Below, piece by piece: positions 8,619 to 19,034 of a stretch of DNA of 64,000 nt (within the stretch, counting starts at the first letter, position 1; each line of letters begins with the position of its first letter). The notes under the pieces are model-generated. The model was not told the DNA's origin. It was given only the letters and a program-made list of their open reading frames with translations, and ran no database searches. Position numbers and translations under genes: made by a program. This DNA comes from Chitinophaga pinensis (GTDB lineage: Bacteria; Bacteroidota; Ignavibacteria; Kapaibacteriales; Kapaibacteriaceae): contig CALRYC010000004.1 in assembly GCA_943372295.1 (NCBI GenBank), positions 2,325 through 66,324 on the forward strand, written 5' to 3'.

Positions 8619-8717
8619 GCTAAGCTCCATTCTACACTGATGGTGAAACATTGCCGTCGCAATATAGCTTGCAGACTTCCACTGCGTAACTTCGCCCCAT
8701 TCAGAGCAGCCCAGAGA

Positions 8718-9686
8718 GTGATAACCGTCCATCCATACACGACAGAGCATCGCGATGAATGGGATGCCTTCGTCGAGTCGTCTAACAATGGAACAATGTT
8801 CCATCTTCAGCGCTTTCTGGACTATCACCCTGAGGGCAAGTGGAACTGGCATCACCTGATGTTTCGTCACGGGCAGCAGCTGGTAGGTGTGCTTCCCGGT
8901 GGCATCAACGCCAAGGGTGAGTTCTGGTCGCCCACGGGCGCTTCCTACGGATCGATCTGCATAGCCGACTGTGGATTCGCGCTTGCCCTGGAGATCGTTG
9001 ACGCGTTCGTGGGCTATTGCAGGGGGCGCGGCATCACAGACGCGTACCTGATCCCTGCACCGCTGATCTATACCAAGAATTACGATCAGCATCATGAGTA
9101 TGCGATGCTCTACCGCAAGGCCGGCTTTGAGCTGCATTACATCTCGCATGCCATCGACCTTAAGCACGGACAAAACTACTTCCGTCACTTTTCGCCTTCG
9201 GCGCGACGTAATGTCAACCGTGCTCTTAGGAATCCCCGGCTCTCGATCCGCGAGAGCGACGATTACGAAACGTTTCATGCGATCCTGGTAGAGAATAAGG
9301 CCAAGCATGATGCTAAGCCAACTCATTCGCTGGCAGATCTTAACCGGTTGCGCGAGCTGGTACCGGACAAGCTGCGGCTGACGATGGTCTATCACGATGA
9401 TGAGCCGATCGCCGGCTCGCTGGTGTTCATTCCGAATCGCAAGGTGGCGTTGTGTTTCTACAACATGCTGCGGTACGAATACGAACATCTGCATCCGGTG
9501 TATTTAATCCTGAACGAGACGTGTCAGTGGGCCGTTGAGCATGGCTTTGAATGGGTCGACATAGGCGTGTCGCAGGACACGAAGTCGGACGATCCGATGA
9601 CGCCGTCGCTGAGCCTTATCAACTTCAAGGAGCGGTTCGACGCACGGGGCATTCTTCGCAGTACCTATCACCTCGATCTGAGGTAA
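8718..9686 (+). CDS. GNAT/FemAB-like acyltransferase (cell-envelope associated)
   Basis: Begins (GTG 8718) VITVHPYTTEHRDEWDAFVESSNNGTMFHLQRFLDYH, as FemAB/BioF2-like GNAT proteins do. Alternative ATG at 8640. C-terminal INFKERF motif. Confidence 0.6.
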   Translation: MITVHPYTTEHRDEWDAFVESSNNGTMFHLQRFLDYHPEGKWNWHHLMFRHGQQLVGVLPGGINAKGEFWSPTGASYGSICIADCGFALALEIVDAFVGYCRGRGITDAYLIPAPLIYTKNYDQHHEYAMLYRKAGFELHYISHAIDLKHGQNYFRHFSPSARRNVNRALRNPRLSIRESDDYETFHAILVENKAKHDAKPTHSLADLNRLRELVPDKLRLTMVYHDDEPIAGSLVFIPNRKVALCFYNMLRYEYEHLHPVYLILNETCQWAVEHGFEWVDIGVSQDTKSDDPMTPSLSLINFKERFDARGILRSTYHLDLR

Positions 9687-9695
9687 GGCCCACGC

Positions 9696-10823
9696 GTGAT
9701 CACACCGGACGTACTGCTCGTTGCCCTGGCGGACGTTTCGCGTGATGCCCGCACGCTGAACCTTGCCCGTGCGCTAAGCGCGGCGGGCATTTCCGTTGCA
9801 ATCCATGCGGCCGACAGTCGCCCCGATGCTGAGCGCATTACGGTTTCTGCTGCGCCCCTTGACGTGCTCCCCTGGTCAGACCCCGGCGGTCGTGCAGCGC
9901 GGCGCTGGTGGTCTCTGAACGCATCTGTGCGACGTCTGTCTGTGCGGCCGAGGGTTGTAGCGGGGATGGACCTGTTTGCGCTGGCGTCTGCCCGTGACAT
10001 TGCCCGACGCAATGCAGTGCCGTTGATCTACGACATGCGCGAGCTCTATTTCGCCCTCGGTCCACTCGGCGGAAAGGGGTTGCGCCAGCAGCTCCTCTCA
10101 TGGCACGAGCGGCGGATGCTTGCCGAGGTCGACCGCGTGATCGTCTCGGGAGAGCTTGACGCAGACCTTGCCCAGGAGCGCTTTCACCTTGCGCGGCGGC
10201 CGTTTGTTCTGCTCAACGCGCCACCGTACCGCGACGTTGTCACGAGCGATCTGCGCCAGCGGTGCGGAGTTGTTGATGATAAGCCCCTTGCCATCTATCA
10301 GGGTGTGGTGCACCATGGTCGGGGCCTGCTGCCAACGTTTCGGGCCATGCAGCGCATGCCGGAGCTGCACCTGGCGGTTGTCGGAGACGGACCGGCAGAG
10401 TCGGAACTGCGTCAGGCTGCCGCTGAGCTCGGTGTGCAGCAGCGCGTCCACTGGCTCGGCAGCGTTCCATATGACCGACTCCATGCGCTTACATGCGGGG
10501 CCGATGTGGGAGTGTGTCTCATTGAGCCCCTTTCACTCAGCTACGAGTATGCTCTTCCGAATAAGTTGTTCGAGTACATGATGGCGCGCATTCCGTCGCT
10601 GGTGACCGATCTGCCGGCACTTCGTGCGTTGCTCGATCAACATCCGGTCGGTGTAATGGTCGACCGTCGTCTGCGTGCCGCCGACGTAGCAGAAGCTTTT
10701 CAGGTGGCACTGACCCAACCGCGGCGTCAGCAGATGATCGACGCATGCGCTGCGATCACGCAGCTTAGCTACGAGACCCAGTCTCACCGGGCCGTTGAGC
10801 TCATTCGAGAGCTCCTTGCATGA
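9696..10823 (+). CDS. Glycosyltransferase family 4 (GT-B)
   Basis: 375 aa. C-terminal half has the GT4 pattern (LAVVGDGPAESELRQAAAELGV...VHWLGSVPYD...EPLSLSYEYALPNKLFEYMMARIP). Confidence 0.8.
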   Translation: MITPDVLLVALADVSRDARTLNLARALSAAGISVAIHAADSRPDAERITVSAAPLDVLPWSDPGGRAARRWWSLNASVRRLSVRPRVVAGMDLFALASARDIARRNAVPLIYDMRELYFALGPLGGKGLRQQLLSWHERRMLAEVDRVIVSGELDADLAQERFHLARRPFVLLNAPPYRDVVTSDLRQRCGVVDDKPLAIYQGVVHHGRGLLPTFRAMQRMPELHLAVVGDGPAESELRQAAAELGVQQRVHWLGSVPYDRLHALTCGADVGVCLIEPLSLSYEYALPNKLFEYMMARIPSLVTDLPALRALLDQHPVGVMVDRRLRAADVAEAFQVALTQPRRQQMIDACAAITQLSYETQSHRAVELIRELLA

Positions 10824-11695
10824 CGCTGTATCTCGTCATGCTGCTGCAGCAGCTCATCGCTTCGAGCACGCATCTCATCGCCAAGGACGCGGCTTCACAG
10901 CTCCATCCCATCAGTGTTGTGCTCGTGCGTGGCATGTGGACGTGTCTGGCCTTCGGGATATGGTTTGCCGTGCGGCGTGGCACATGGAAGCCTATCGATC
11001 GTCGAGACCTTCGGTTGATCATCACGCTCGGCATTGTCAACCTTCCGATCAATCAGTTGCTCTTCATCTGGGGGGTATCGTATACCACACCACCGAATGC
11101 GTCGCTTGCCTATGCGCTGACGCCAGCCTTCGTTGTTGCGCTGATGATCCTCGTGCACCGACGCTCGATGTCGTGGAAGAAAATGCTCGGTGTGATCGTT
11201 GCCCTGGTAGGGGCGAGCATCGTGCTGGTGGACCGCGGTGCGGGTATAAGCGATGGGCAGACGCTCGGCAACGTGATGGTGCTTCTGGCTAGTTTCTCCT
11301 GGGCGGCATTCACCCTGTACGGACAGCGCATCGTTGAGCGGTATGGTCCGGTGCAGGCCATAGCCATGACCTTTTTTAGCGGACTTGTTGCTTTCGTTCC
11401 TGTCTGGATGTTCATCCCTGTTGACTCTCAGCTAGAGGTTCTGTTTGTCGACGGGTCGATCTCTCTCTGGTGGCAGCTGTTCTACCTCGGTGTGATAACC
11501 TCCGGCATAGGCTACGGGCTTTGGTACTATGCTCTGAGTCGACTCGATTCGGGCAAGGTTGCCGTGTTCAACAATCTCCAGCCGGTGCTGACTTCGCTCT
11601 TGACGCTGGTCCTTCTCGGCACTGCGCCTACGACGCTCTTCCTCATTGGTGGCAGCATCGCTCTGGTGGGCGTCATCATCACGCAGAGGTCGTAG
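10820..11695 (+). CDS. DMT-superfamily (EamA-like) transporter
   Basis: 291 aa, about 10 hydrophobic helices arranged as two EamA-like halves. ATGA overlap with the GT4 gene. Confidence 0.8.
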   Translation: MTLYLVMLLQQLIASSTHLIAKDAASQLHPISVVLVRGMWTCLAFGIWFAVRRGTWKPIDRRDLRLIITLGIVNLPINQLLFIWGVSYTTPPNASLAYALTPAFVVALMILVHRRSMSWKKMLGVIVALVGASIVLVDRGAGISDGQTLGNVMVLLASFSWAAFTLYGQRIVERYGPVQAIAMTFFSGLVAFVPVWMFIPVDSQLEVLFVDGSISLWWQLFYLGVITSGIGYGLWYYALSRLDSGKVAVFNNLQPVLTSLLTLVLLGTAPTTLFLIGGSIALVGVIITQRS

Positions 11696-11743
11696 TTTTG
11701 TCCGGCTGATAAGCCCCTTTCACAAACCATTCCGAGGCAGAAG

Positions 11744-12286
11744 ATGCGCATCGATGCGAGTCATACCATGGCCCTGTGCATTGACATTCAGGAGCGCCTT
11801 TTCCCGCACATTCATCAACATGACGAGCTTGCCGATCGCTGTGGTCGGCTTATCAGGGGGCTAAGAGCTCTGGAGGTTCCGATCGTTGTTACCGAACAGT
11901 ACGTCAAGGGGCTGGGCCAGACCATCCCGACGATCCGCGAGGCACTTGGCGAGCATGAGCCTCTGGAGAAAATGTCGTTCAGTTGTTGCGGTGTTGACGC
12001 CATCGAAGCACGTGTGCTTGGAGCGCGGAGGCACAGCATTATCCTCTTCGGTATCGAGACGCACGTTTGCGTGCTGCAGACGGCTCTGGACCTTCTGGCG
12101 CAGGGTCAGACCGTTATCGTCGTTGAAGACTGCGTCTCATCGCGCTATCCCAACGACAAGCGCGTGGCTATCGAGCGGATGCGCTCGGCCGGTGCGATCA
12201 TTACCACCATGGAGTCGGTCCTGTTCGAACTTCTGCGTGTTGCCGGCACGGACACCTTCAGGACCATCTCCTCGATTGTTAAGTAG
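11744..12286 (+). CDS. Isochorismatase-family hydrolase
   Basis: 180 aa. ALCIDIQERLF...PIVVTEQY...ILFGIETHVCVLQTALDL matches the cysteine-hydrolase/isochorismatase fold pattern. Confidence 0.8.
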   Translation: MRIDASHTMALCIDIQERLFPHIHQHDELADRCGRLIRGLRALEVPIVVTEQYVKGLGQTIPTIREALGEHEPLEKMSFSCCGVDAIEARVLGARRHSIILFGIETHVCVLQTALDLLAQGQTVIVVEDCVSSRYPNDKRVAIERMRSAGAIITTMESVLFELLRVAGTDTFRTISSIVK

Positions 12287-12310
12287 AATCCTTTCCAAGG
12301 GAGGCTCGTC

Positions 12311-14323
12311 ATGGCGTTGCGCTCTAAACGATCAGGAATGCAGAAACCAGCTGCCGGGTCGGATCGTATCTCTTCTGTCCTGCAGGAGCATCGGGCGTTC
12401 TCGCCCCCTGTAGACTTCAGCGCGCGCGCCCATGTCGGCTCGTCGCGACAGCTGGCCGCGCTCAGACGTCATGCCGATGCCGACCCCATATCATTCTGGC
12501 AGGAGCGGGCCCGAGAGCTTGTGTGGTTTCGTGATTGGAAGCGTGCTCTGGTATGGAAGCATCCGCATGCACAGTGGTTTGTTGGGGGAACGACAAACGC
12601 CTCCATGAACTGTCTCGACCGGCATCTCGGTGGATGGCGCCGAACTAAGGCAGCATTGATCTGGGAGGGGGAGCCGGGTGAGGTTCGCACGCTGACGTAT
12701 CAGCAGCTGCATGCAGAGGTCTGCAAAGCGGCGAACGCGCTGCTTCATCTGGGCGTCAAGGTCGGCGACGTTGTGGCCATCTATATGGGAATGGTTCCTG
12801 AGGCCGTCATCGCCATGCTTGCCTGCGCGCGAATCGGGGCAACGCACAACGTGATCTTCGGTGGCTTTAGCAGCGAGGCGGTGCGCGAACGGATCAATGA
12901 CTCTAAGGCCGTTGTGCTTATCACGCAGGATGGGGCGCATCGGCGCGGACAGATCGTTGAGCTGAAGTCGGCAGCAGACGCAGCCATCAAGAAGTGCCCG
13001 ACCATACGCCATCAGCTCGTGTTGCGGCGCACGCAGCAGCCGGTGAAGATGAGGCGCGGACGTGATCACTGGTGGCATGAAATTGTCGACGGTGCATCGA
13101 GCTCCAACGAGCCGGCGCAGCTTCCATCGGAGCATCCGCTGTTTATCCTCTACACCAGCGGGTCGACCGGTAAACCCAAGGGCATCTTGCATACCACGGG
13201 CGGGTATCTGACACAGGTGGCCTATACCACTAAGATGGTCTTTGACCTGCGCGATGATGACGTGTATTTCTGTACGGCCGACGTAGGCTGGATAACCGGA
13301 CATTCCTATATCGTGTATGGCCCCTTGCTTAACGGCGCAACCGTGATGATCTATGAAGGCACGCCCAATCATCCACAGCCCGACCGGTTCTGGGACATCA
13401 TTGAACGTCATGCCGTCTCGATCTTCTACACCGCGCCGACGGCTATTCGCAGCTTCATGAAATGGGGCGAAGCATGGCCTAACCGGCATGACCTTTCTTC
13501 ATTGAGACTGCTGGGAACTGTCGGAGAGCCCATCAATCCCGAAGCGTGGATGTGGTATCACGAGGTCATAGGCCGAGGCCGGTGTCCGATCGTTGACACC
13601 TGGTGGCAGACTGAGACCGGTGCCATCATGATCTCGCCCCTTCCCGGGGCAAGCACCACACGCCCGGGCACGGCTACCGTCCCGCTGCCGGGTATCCAGG
13701 CCGATGTTGTGCGAAAGGACGGTACGCCTTGTACAGCCAACGAGGGCGGCCTGCTGGTGATCAAGCACCCGTGGCCGTCGATGCTGCGCACCATCTACGG
13801 CAATGACGAACGCTACCGGGCCGCCTACTGGAGTGAGTTTCCCAAGCGCAGAGGTCATCCCGGCTGGTACTTCACCGGTGATGGGGCTCGCCGGGACGAG
13901 CACGGCAATATCTGGATCATCGGACGCGTCGATGACGTCGTGAACGTGAGCGGACACCGCCTGGGCACAGCCGAGATCGAAAGCGCTCTGGTGTCTCACC
14001 AGCGCGTGGCGGAGGCAGCCGTGGTGGCCCGGCCCGACGAGGTGAAGGGCAATGCGCTGGTGGCATTTGTGACGCTCAAGGGGTCGGCCACGCCGTCCCC
14101 GGCACTTGCAGAAGAACTGCGCTCGCATGTTGCCCTGGAGATCGGGCCCATTGCCAAGCCCGATGAGATCCGCTTTACGGAGATGCTGCCGAAAACGCGT
14201 AGCGGAAAGATCATGCGACGACTTCTGAGGGAGATCGTCACCAACGGTATGGCCACGGGTGACGTCACGACGCTGGAGGATTCCGGCGTACTGGAACGTC
14301 TGCGCGCGGGAGAGGAAGAATAG
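12311..14323 (+). CDS. acs: Acetyl-CoA synthetase
   Basis: 670 aa. [14 protein letters not shown]-binding motif, WWQTETG, and [13 protein letters not shown]-terminus. AGGGAGG 7-13 nt upstream of the ATG. Confidence 0.92.
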   Translation: MALRSKRSGMQKPAAGSDRISSVLQEHRAFSPPVDFSARAHVGSSRQLAALRRHADADPISFWQERARELVWFRDWKRALVWKHPHAQWFVGGTTNASMNCLDRHLGGWRRTKAALIWEGEPGEVRTLTYQQLHAEVCKAANALLHLGVKVGDVVAIYMGMVPEAVIAMLACARIGATHNVIFGGFSSEAVRERINDSKAVVLITQDGAHRRGQIVELKSAADAAIKKCPTIRHQLVLRRTQQPVKMRRGRDHWWHEIVDGASSSNEPAQLPSEHPLFILYTSGSTGKPKGILHTTGGYLTQVAYTTKMVFDLRDDDVYFCTADVGWITGHSYIVYGPLLNGATVMIYEGTPNHPQPDRFWDIIERHAVSIFYTAPTAIRSFMKWGEAWPNRHDLSSLRLLGTVGEPINPEAWMWYHEVIGRGRCPIVDTWWQTETGAIMISPLPGASTTRPGTATVPLPGIQADVVRKDGTPCTANEGGLLVIKHPWPSMLRTIYGNDERYRAAYWSEFPKRRGHPGWYFTGDGARRDEHGNIWIIGRVDDVVNVSGHRLGTAEIESALVSHQRVAEAAVVARPDEVKGNALVAFVTLKGSATPSPALAEELRSHVALEIGPIAKPDEIRFTEMLPKTRSGKIMRRLLREIVTNGMATGDVTTLEDSGVLERLRAGEEE

Positions 14324-14335
14324 CGGACGTCGGCG

Positions 14336-14357
14336 TAGCCCGGAGCTGGCTATTTTT
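14336..14357 (+). terminator. Weak rho-independent terminator after acs
   Basis: TAGCC-7 nt loop-GGCTA followed by TTTTT. The T-run also forms a TATTTTTG (TAnnTTTG) box 38 nt upstream of the next ATG. Confidence 0.35.
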
Positions 14358-14395
14358 GTCCACTTGGCATTTCCATCACTGCATCACTGCATCAC

Positions 14396-16909
14396 ATGAG
14401 CATCCGTAAAGCCGTCATCATGGCCGGGGGATTCGGAACGCGACTGCGTCCGCTTACGATGTCGATCCCCAAGCCAATGGTCCCGGTGGCCAACCGGCCG
14501 ATGATGGAACATATCGTGACGCTACTGCATGGTCATGGCATTCGGGATGTGGTCTCGCTGCTATACTTCCAGCCCGAGAACATCACCGAGCACTTCGGCG
14601 ACGGAACGTCGCACGACATCTCGATGCGGTACATGCTGGCCGAGGCAGACTTTGGAACTGCCGGTAGCGTTAAGAATGCTCAGGAGATGCTCGATGAGCG
14701 ATTCATCATCATCTCGGGTGACGTCCTGACTGACATCGACATTTCGGCGGCCGTGGCCTTCCATGAGCAGCGCAAGGCAATGGCCACCATCGTGCTGACG
14801 CGTGTTGCCGAGCCCCTTGCCTTTGGGATCGTGATGACCGATGATGAAGGACGTATCACACGGTTCCTTGAAAAGCCCTCGTGGGGCGAAGTGTTCAGCG
14901 ACACGATCAACACCGGGATGTACATTCTTGAGCCCGAAGTGCTGGATCTGATCCCGGCCAAGACCGAATTCGACTTCAGTAAGGACCTTTATCCGCTCAT
15001 GCTGCAGCGCGGCATGCCGCTCTATGGCTATATCGCCGACGGATACTGGAAGGACATTGGCAACCTTCACGAGTATCAGCTTGCGCATGAAGACGCGCTG
15101 GCCGGCCGTGTGCGCTTGACCTTTGGCGCGTCGCAGCAGGGACCACTCCATGGTGGAAAGGGGCTGAGCATTGCCCCCACCGCGACGTTTGAAGGCACCG
15201 TGGTGCTGGGCGACAATGTGGTTGTGGGTGATCACGTAAAGCTGCGCGACTGTGTTGTTGGCAACGGGTGCAGTATCGGCGCCGGCGCCGAGATGAGCGA
15301 TGCCGTGCTATGGAAGGACGTGCAGATCGGTGACTATGCCGAAGTCTCACGCGCGGTCATCTGCGATTCGGTCACCATCGGCTCTCGCGCAACGGTGGGT
15401 GAAAATGCCATCATTGCCGAAGGCTGTGTCCTGGGTGATCATGCCCGCATTCTGTCGAACGTCAAACTCTGGCCCCGCAAGGTTGTCGAGTCCCATGCCA
15501 TCGTCACGCGCAGCCTAGTGCAGGAAGAACGATGGGCGCGGGTGCTCTTTACCGATGCCCGCATCGGTGGTGTTTCCAACATCGACGTCAACCCCGAGTT
15601 TGCAGCCAAGCTGGGAGCATGCATGGGCATGGCCTTTGGCGTCGGCACGATGGTGGTGTCTTCACGCGACGACGATCCGGTGTCTCGCATCATCAAGCGC
15701 TGCATAACATCAGGACTGATGAGTGTCGGCGTAAACATTGCCGATCTTCAGACAACGTCGATCCCGCAGACGCGGCAGGAGCTGCATACGGGACGCTATG
15801 TGGCCGGGTTTCACGTGAGGCGCTCGCCAAGCGCACCGGACCGGACGGACATCATCATTTTTGGTCGCGACGGGCGAGACGTTCAGCTGTCTCAGACGAA
15901 ATCCATCGAACGCTACTTCTTTGGCGAGGACATTCGACGTGTCAGCCACGAACACGTCGGCCGGCTGAGCTTCCCGGAACGCTCTACGGCCATGTACATC
16001 AGCCGGTTTCTGCAGTCCATCAACATTGAGTCCATCCGGGAGCGACACTTCCGATTGCTGGTGGATCACTCCTTTGGACTAGCATCGACGGCCTTTCCGC
16101 AGATCCTTGGAGAGCTCGAGTGCCGCACACTGTCGATGAATGATTACGTCGACTCGGCACACTTTGCCGATCCGCTGGCAGAGGTTCTCGATGAGTCGGC
16201 AACCATCATGCGATCACTTGGGTATCAGATCGGTTTCAAGATCAACCCCGGTGCGGAGAAGATCGCACTCGTGGACGAGCGGGGCATCTGGTACACTTCG
16301 CAACGTCTTCTCACGATCGTAACCAAGCTCTTTTTGGAATCTCATCGTGACCGCGAGCCTTATCGGATCGCAGTTCCGGTGCAATCCACACACGAGATCG
16401 AGGCCATCGCAGCCCCCTTCAACGTCGAGATCATACGGATTCGTAATTCGCACTCGGCGATGATGGAGGCCACCAAGGACCCGGCCGTGGCCTTCGTCGG
16501 TGGCACGCGAGGGGGGTTCATATTTCCGGAGTTTCTCAATGCCAGTGATGGCATGTACACGGCCGTTAAGATTCTGGAGATGCTCAGCAAGACCGGCTAT
16601 CAGCTCTCGCAACTTGATGCGGAACTGCCGAAGCGGTATCAGGTCACCCGCAGCGTTGGCTGTACCTACGAACAGCGTGGCACGGTGATGCGGCATGCCA
16701 TGGAGTACTCAGAAGGCAAACAGCGTATGCTGGTCGACGGCGTTCGGATTCTCGAAGATGACGTCACGGTGCTTCTGCTTCCGCATAAGGAGGAGGAACT
16801 GTTTGTCGTCATGGCCGAGGCCGATGATGTGAAGATGGCGCAGAAGGCCTGTGACCATTATGCTGAACTTGTTTCGCACTGGCGCTTTGGACGCAATGAT
16901 GGACACTAA
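14396..16909 (+). CDS. Fused sugar-1-phosphate nucleotidyltransferase (with hexapeptide LbH region) / phosphohexomutase-like protein
   Basis: N-terminus AVIMAGGFGTRLRPLT (NTP-transferase), middle hexapeptide-like repeats, C-terminal about 450 aa alpha-D-phosphohexomutase-like; 837 aa. Confidence 0.75.
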   Translation: MSIRKAVIMAGGFGTRLRPLTMSIPKPMVPVANRPMMEHIVTLLHGHGIRDVVSLLYFQPENITEHFGDGTSHDISMRYMLAEADFGTAGSVKNAQEMLDERFIIISGDVLTDIDISAAVAFHEQRKAMATIVLTRVAEPLAFGIVMTDDEGRITRFLEKPSWGEVFSDTINTGMYILEPEVLDLIPAKTEFDFSKDLYPLMLQRGMPLYGYIADGYWKDIGNLHEYQLAHEDALAGRVRLTFGASQQGPLHGGKGLSIAPTATFEGTVVLGDNVVVGDHVKLRDCVVGNGCSIGAGAEMSDAVLWKDVQIGDYAEVSRAVICDSVTIGSRATVGENAIIAEGCVLGDHARILSNVKLWPRKVVESHAIVTRSLVQEERWARVLFTDARIGGVSNIDVNPEFAAKLGACMGMAFGVGTMVVSSRDDDPVSRIIKRCITSGLMSVGVNIADLQTTSIPQTRQELHTGRYVAGFHVRRSPSAPDRTDIIIFGRDGRDVQLSQTKSIERYFFGEDIRRVSHEHVGRLSFPERSTAMYISRFLQSINIESIRERHFRLLVDHSFGLASTAFPQILGELECRTLSMNDYVDSAHFADPLAEVLDESATIMRSLGYQIGFKINPGAEKIALVDERGIWYTSQRLLTIVTKLFLESHRDREPYRIAVPVQSTHEIEAIAAPFNVEIIRIRNSHSAMMEATKDPAVAFVGGTRGGFIFPEFLNASDGMYTAVKILEMLSKTGYQLSQLDAELPKRYQVTRSVGCTYEQRGTVMRHAMEYSEGKQRMLVDGVRILEDDVTVLLLPHKEEELFVVMAEADDVKMAQKACDHYAELVSHWRFGRNDGH

Positions 16910-17369
16910 AATCTCATCAATTCTTGACCCTTCCTGCATACGGCTGAATCTTGAGGTGAAGGACAAGGCCGACTGTCTGCGTAAGATGGTCGACATGGTT
17001 GCTGCCACCGGAAAGATCAAGGACGTGGACCGGTTTCATGCGGTAATCGTCGACCGCGAGCGACTTATGTCGACCGGTATAGGCAACGGCGTTGCACTTC
17101 CGCACGGGAAGAGTGACGTTGTCGATGAGTCGATCGCCGCGGTGGCCACGCTTGCCTCGCCGATCGACTACGATTCGCTTGACGACAAACCGGTATCGAT
17201 CATCATACTTCTGGTCGGCCCGGAAGGAAGTGTCGGACTTCATCTACGTCTTCTGAGCAGGATATCGCGAATGGTCGGCTCGGAACAGTTCCGCTCGTCC
17301 CTGCTGACTGCCAAGTCTGTGGCTGATGTATTGGCGCTCTTCAGTGGTAACGAAGAGGCACAAGGGTGA
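16896..17369 (+). CDS. ptsN: PTS EIIA(Ntr)-type nitrogen regulatory protein
   Basis: MSTGIGNGVALPHGK phosphorylation-site motif. Start placed at ATG 16896/16899, giving a short overlap with the upstream stop at 16907-16909. Confidence 0.8.
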   Translation: MMDTKISSILDPSCIRLNLEVKDKADCLRKMVDMVAATGKIKDVDRFHAVIVDRERLMSTGIGNGVALPHGKSDVVDESIAAVATLASPIDYDSLDDKPVSIIILLVGPEGSVGLHLRLLSRISRMVGSEQFRSSLLTAKSVADVLALFSGNEEAQG

Positions 17370-18625
17370 GCATCAGCGTCATTCGCGGAATGCGAGACAT
17401 CTTCGGTACGGAGATCAGCTACTGGCAACGTGCCGAGTCGATCTTTCGGTCTGTGTCCGATGACTTTGCCTATCAGGAGTTCCGCACGCCCATGCTTGAG
17501 AGTACGGAGCTTTTCAAGCGCGGCGTAGGCGAAGAGACCGACATCGTCGGCAAGGAAATGTACACCTTTGAAGACAGAGGTGGCGACTCGGTAACGCTGC
17601 GTCCCGAGCTCACGGCACCGATCGTGCGCGCATGTATCGAGCACAGCCTTGTGCGCCACAATCCATCGCTTCGACTTTGGTACTACGGTCCTCAGTTTCG
17701 TTACGAACGCCCACAAAAGGGTCGCTACCGTCAGTTTAATCAGTTCGGTGCCGAGTGTATCGGCTCGGCTCATCCCGAGGCTGATGCCGAGATCATTCTA
17801 CTGGCTTACGAGACGCTTCGGCGTTACGGTGTGTCGGGTTTCCGACTCGAATTGAATTCACTCGGCAGCGCAGAGGTGCGCCTTCGGTATCGCCAGGCGC
17901 TGGTCGACTATCTCACGTCACGTCAGTCCGAGCTCTCTGAGGACAGCCGCCGCCGCATGCAAACAAATCCGCTGCGCGTGCTGGATTCCAAGGACGAGAC
18001 CGATCGTGTGGTTGTGGAGGAAGCTCCTCGGCTTAACGACTTCTTTGATGAGCCAAGCAGTGCGCACTTTACGTCTGTACGAACGCTGCTCGACGTTTCC
18101 GGCGTGCCGTACGTGATCAACCCGCGTCTTGTGCGTGGTCTTGACTATTACAACCACACGGTGTTCGAATTCACGACAGATGCTCTTGGTACGCAGAATG
18201 CCATCGGAGGAGGGGGCCGGTATGACGGACTCTTTGCCATGCTTGGTGGTGGGGACGTGCCGGCTGTAGGGTTTTCGATCGGTGTTGAGCGCATGATCCT
18301 TCTCTGGCAGGCCGAGCATGCTGATCAGCAACCTGAGCAGCAGCCCCGCGTGTATCTGGTAGCCGTCGGTGATGACGCCCGTCTGCCCATACAGCTCATC
18401 GCATTGCGTCTGCGCCGCGCGGGCATCCACGTTGTGACCGATGTACTGCGCCGATCGGTGAAGGCACAGTTGAAGGATGCGAATCGTGAGGGGGCTGTGT
18501 TTGCCGTGATGATCGGCGATGAAGAACTCGCCGCCTCGACGGCGGTCGTCAAGAACATGCTCACCGGAGAGCAGCTCACGGTGCCGCAGGCCGAGATCGA
18601 AACGTTGGTGGCTGCGCATGAATGA
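17366..18625 (+). CDS. hisS: Histidyl-tRNA synthetase
   Basis: 419 aa. GMRDIFG, LRPELTAP, RLWYYGPQFRYERPQKGRYRQFNQFG and GGGRYDGL class-II motifs. Confidence 0.93.
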   Translation: MSISVIRGMRDIFGTEISYWQRAESIFRSVSDDFAYQEFRTPMLESTELFKRGVGEETDIVGKEMYTFEDRGGDSVTLRPELTAPIVRACIEHSLVRHNPSLRLWYYGPQFRYERPQKGRYRQFNQFGAECIGSAHPEADAEIILLAYETLRRYGVSGFRLELNSLGSAEVRLRYRQALVDYLTSRQSELSEDSRRRMQTNPLRVLDSKDETDRVVVEEAPRLNDFFDEPSSAHFTSVRTLLDVSGVPYVINPRLVRGLDYYNHTVFEFTTDALGTQNAIGGGGRYDGLFAMLGGGDVPAVGFSIGVERMILLWQAEHADQQPEQQPRVYLVAVGDDARLPIQLIALRLRRAGIHVVTDVLRRSVKAQLKDANREGAVFAVMIGDEELAASTAVVKNMLTGEQLTVPQAEIETLVAAHE

Positions 18626-19034
18626 AGAGCGCTTCGAACCCGAGGTCGATCACGAGTACATTGTTACCTTCTCTGCAAGCGTATCCGAAGCGGGTCAGCA
18701 GCAGCTGATGGTACACGTGATGACCACCCGTGAGTTCACCTCGTATGCCTACTCACTGGGTCTGACGGCCAAACTTGATCTCGGGCGCACGAAGCTGACG
18801 ATTGAGGTTGGAGGTCTGTCGATCCCGACCATTATGATGCCGGCAGCCAAGGGGGCCTTTGGTGTGCGCGCCCTGATCATGCCCCCTGACGGATCCTACG
18901 AAGTGGAACTCACGCGTCGGTCCTCACAGCAGCGCGTTGTGCTGCAGGTGCAGGGCGGACGTCCGGCGCTGGTATCTGAAGTTGCCGAAGGAGGCTTTGC
19001 TCTCTTCCGCATCGCACCGTCGTCGCAGGAATGA
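18618..19034 (+). CDS. Hypothetical protein (138 aa)
   Basis: ATG 18618 overlaps the hisS stop by 8 nt, and the 3' end overlaps the kinase gene by 4 nt. No signal peptide and no motif I recognise. Confidence 0.55.
   Translation: MNEERFEPEVDHEYIVTFSASVSEAGQQQLMVHVMTTREFTSYAYSLGLTAKLDLGRTKLTIEVGGLSIPTIMMPAAKGAFGVRALIMPPDGSYEVELTRRSSQQRVVLQVQGGRPALVSEVAEGGFALFRIAPSSQE

Noticed and set aside
8619-9494. Upstream 290 aa of the 462-aa minus-strand ORF 8106-9494
   Set aside because: It is antisense to a plus-strand gene with clear GNAT/FemAB-like sequence. Only the last 170 aa (from ATG 8618), which carry a signal peptide and a beta-barrel pattern, look real.
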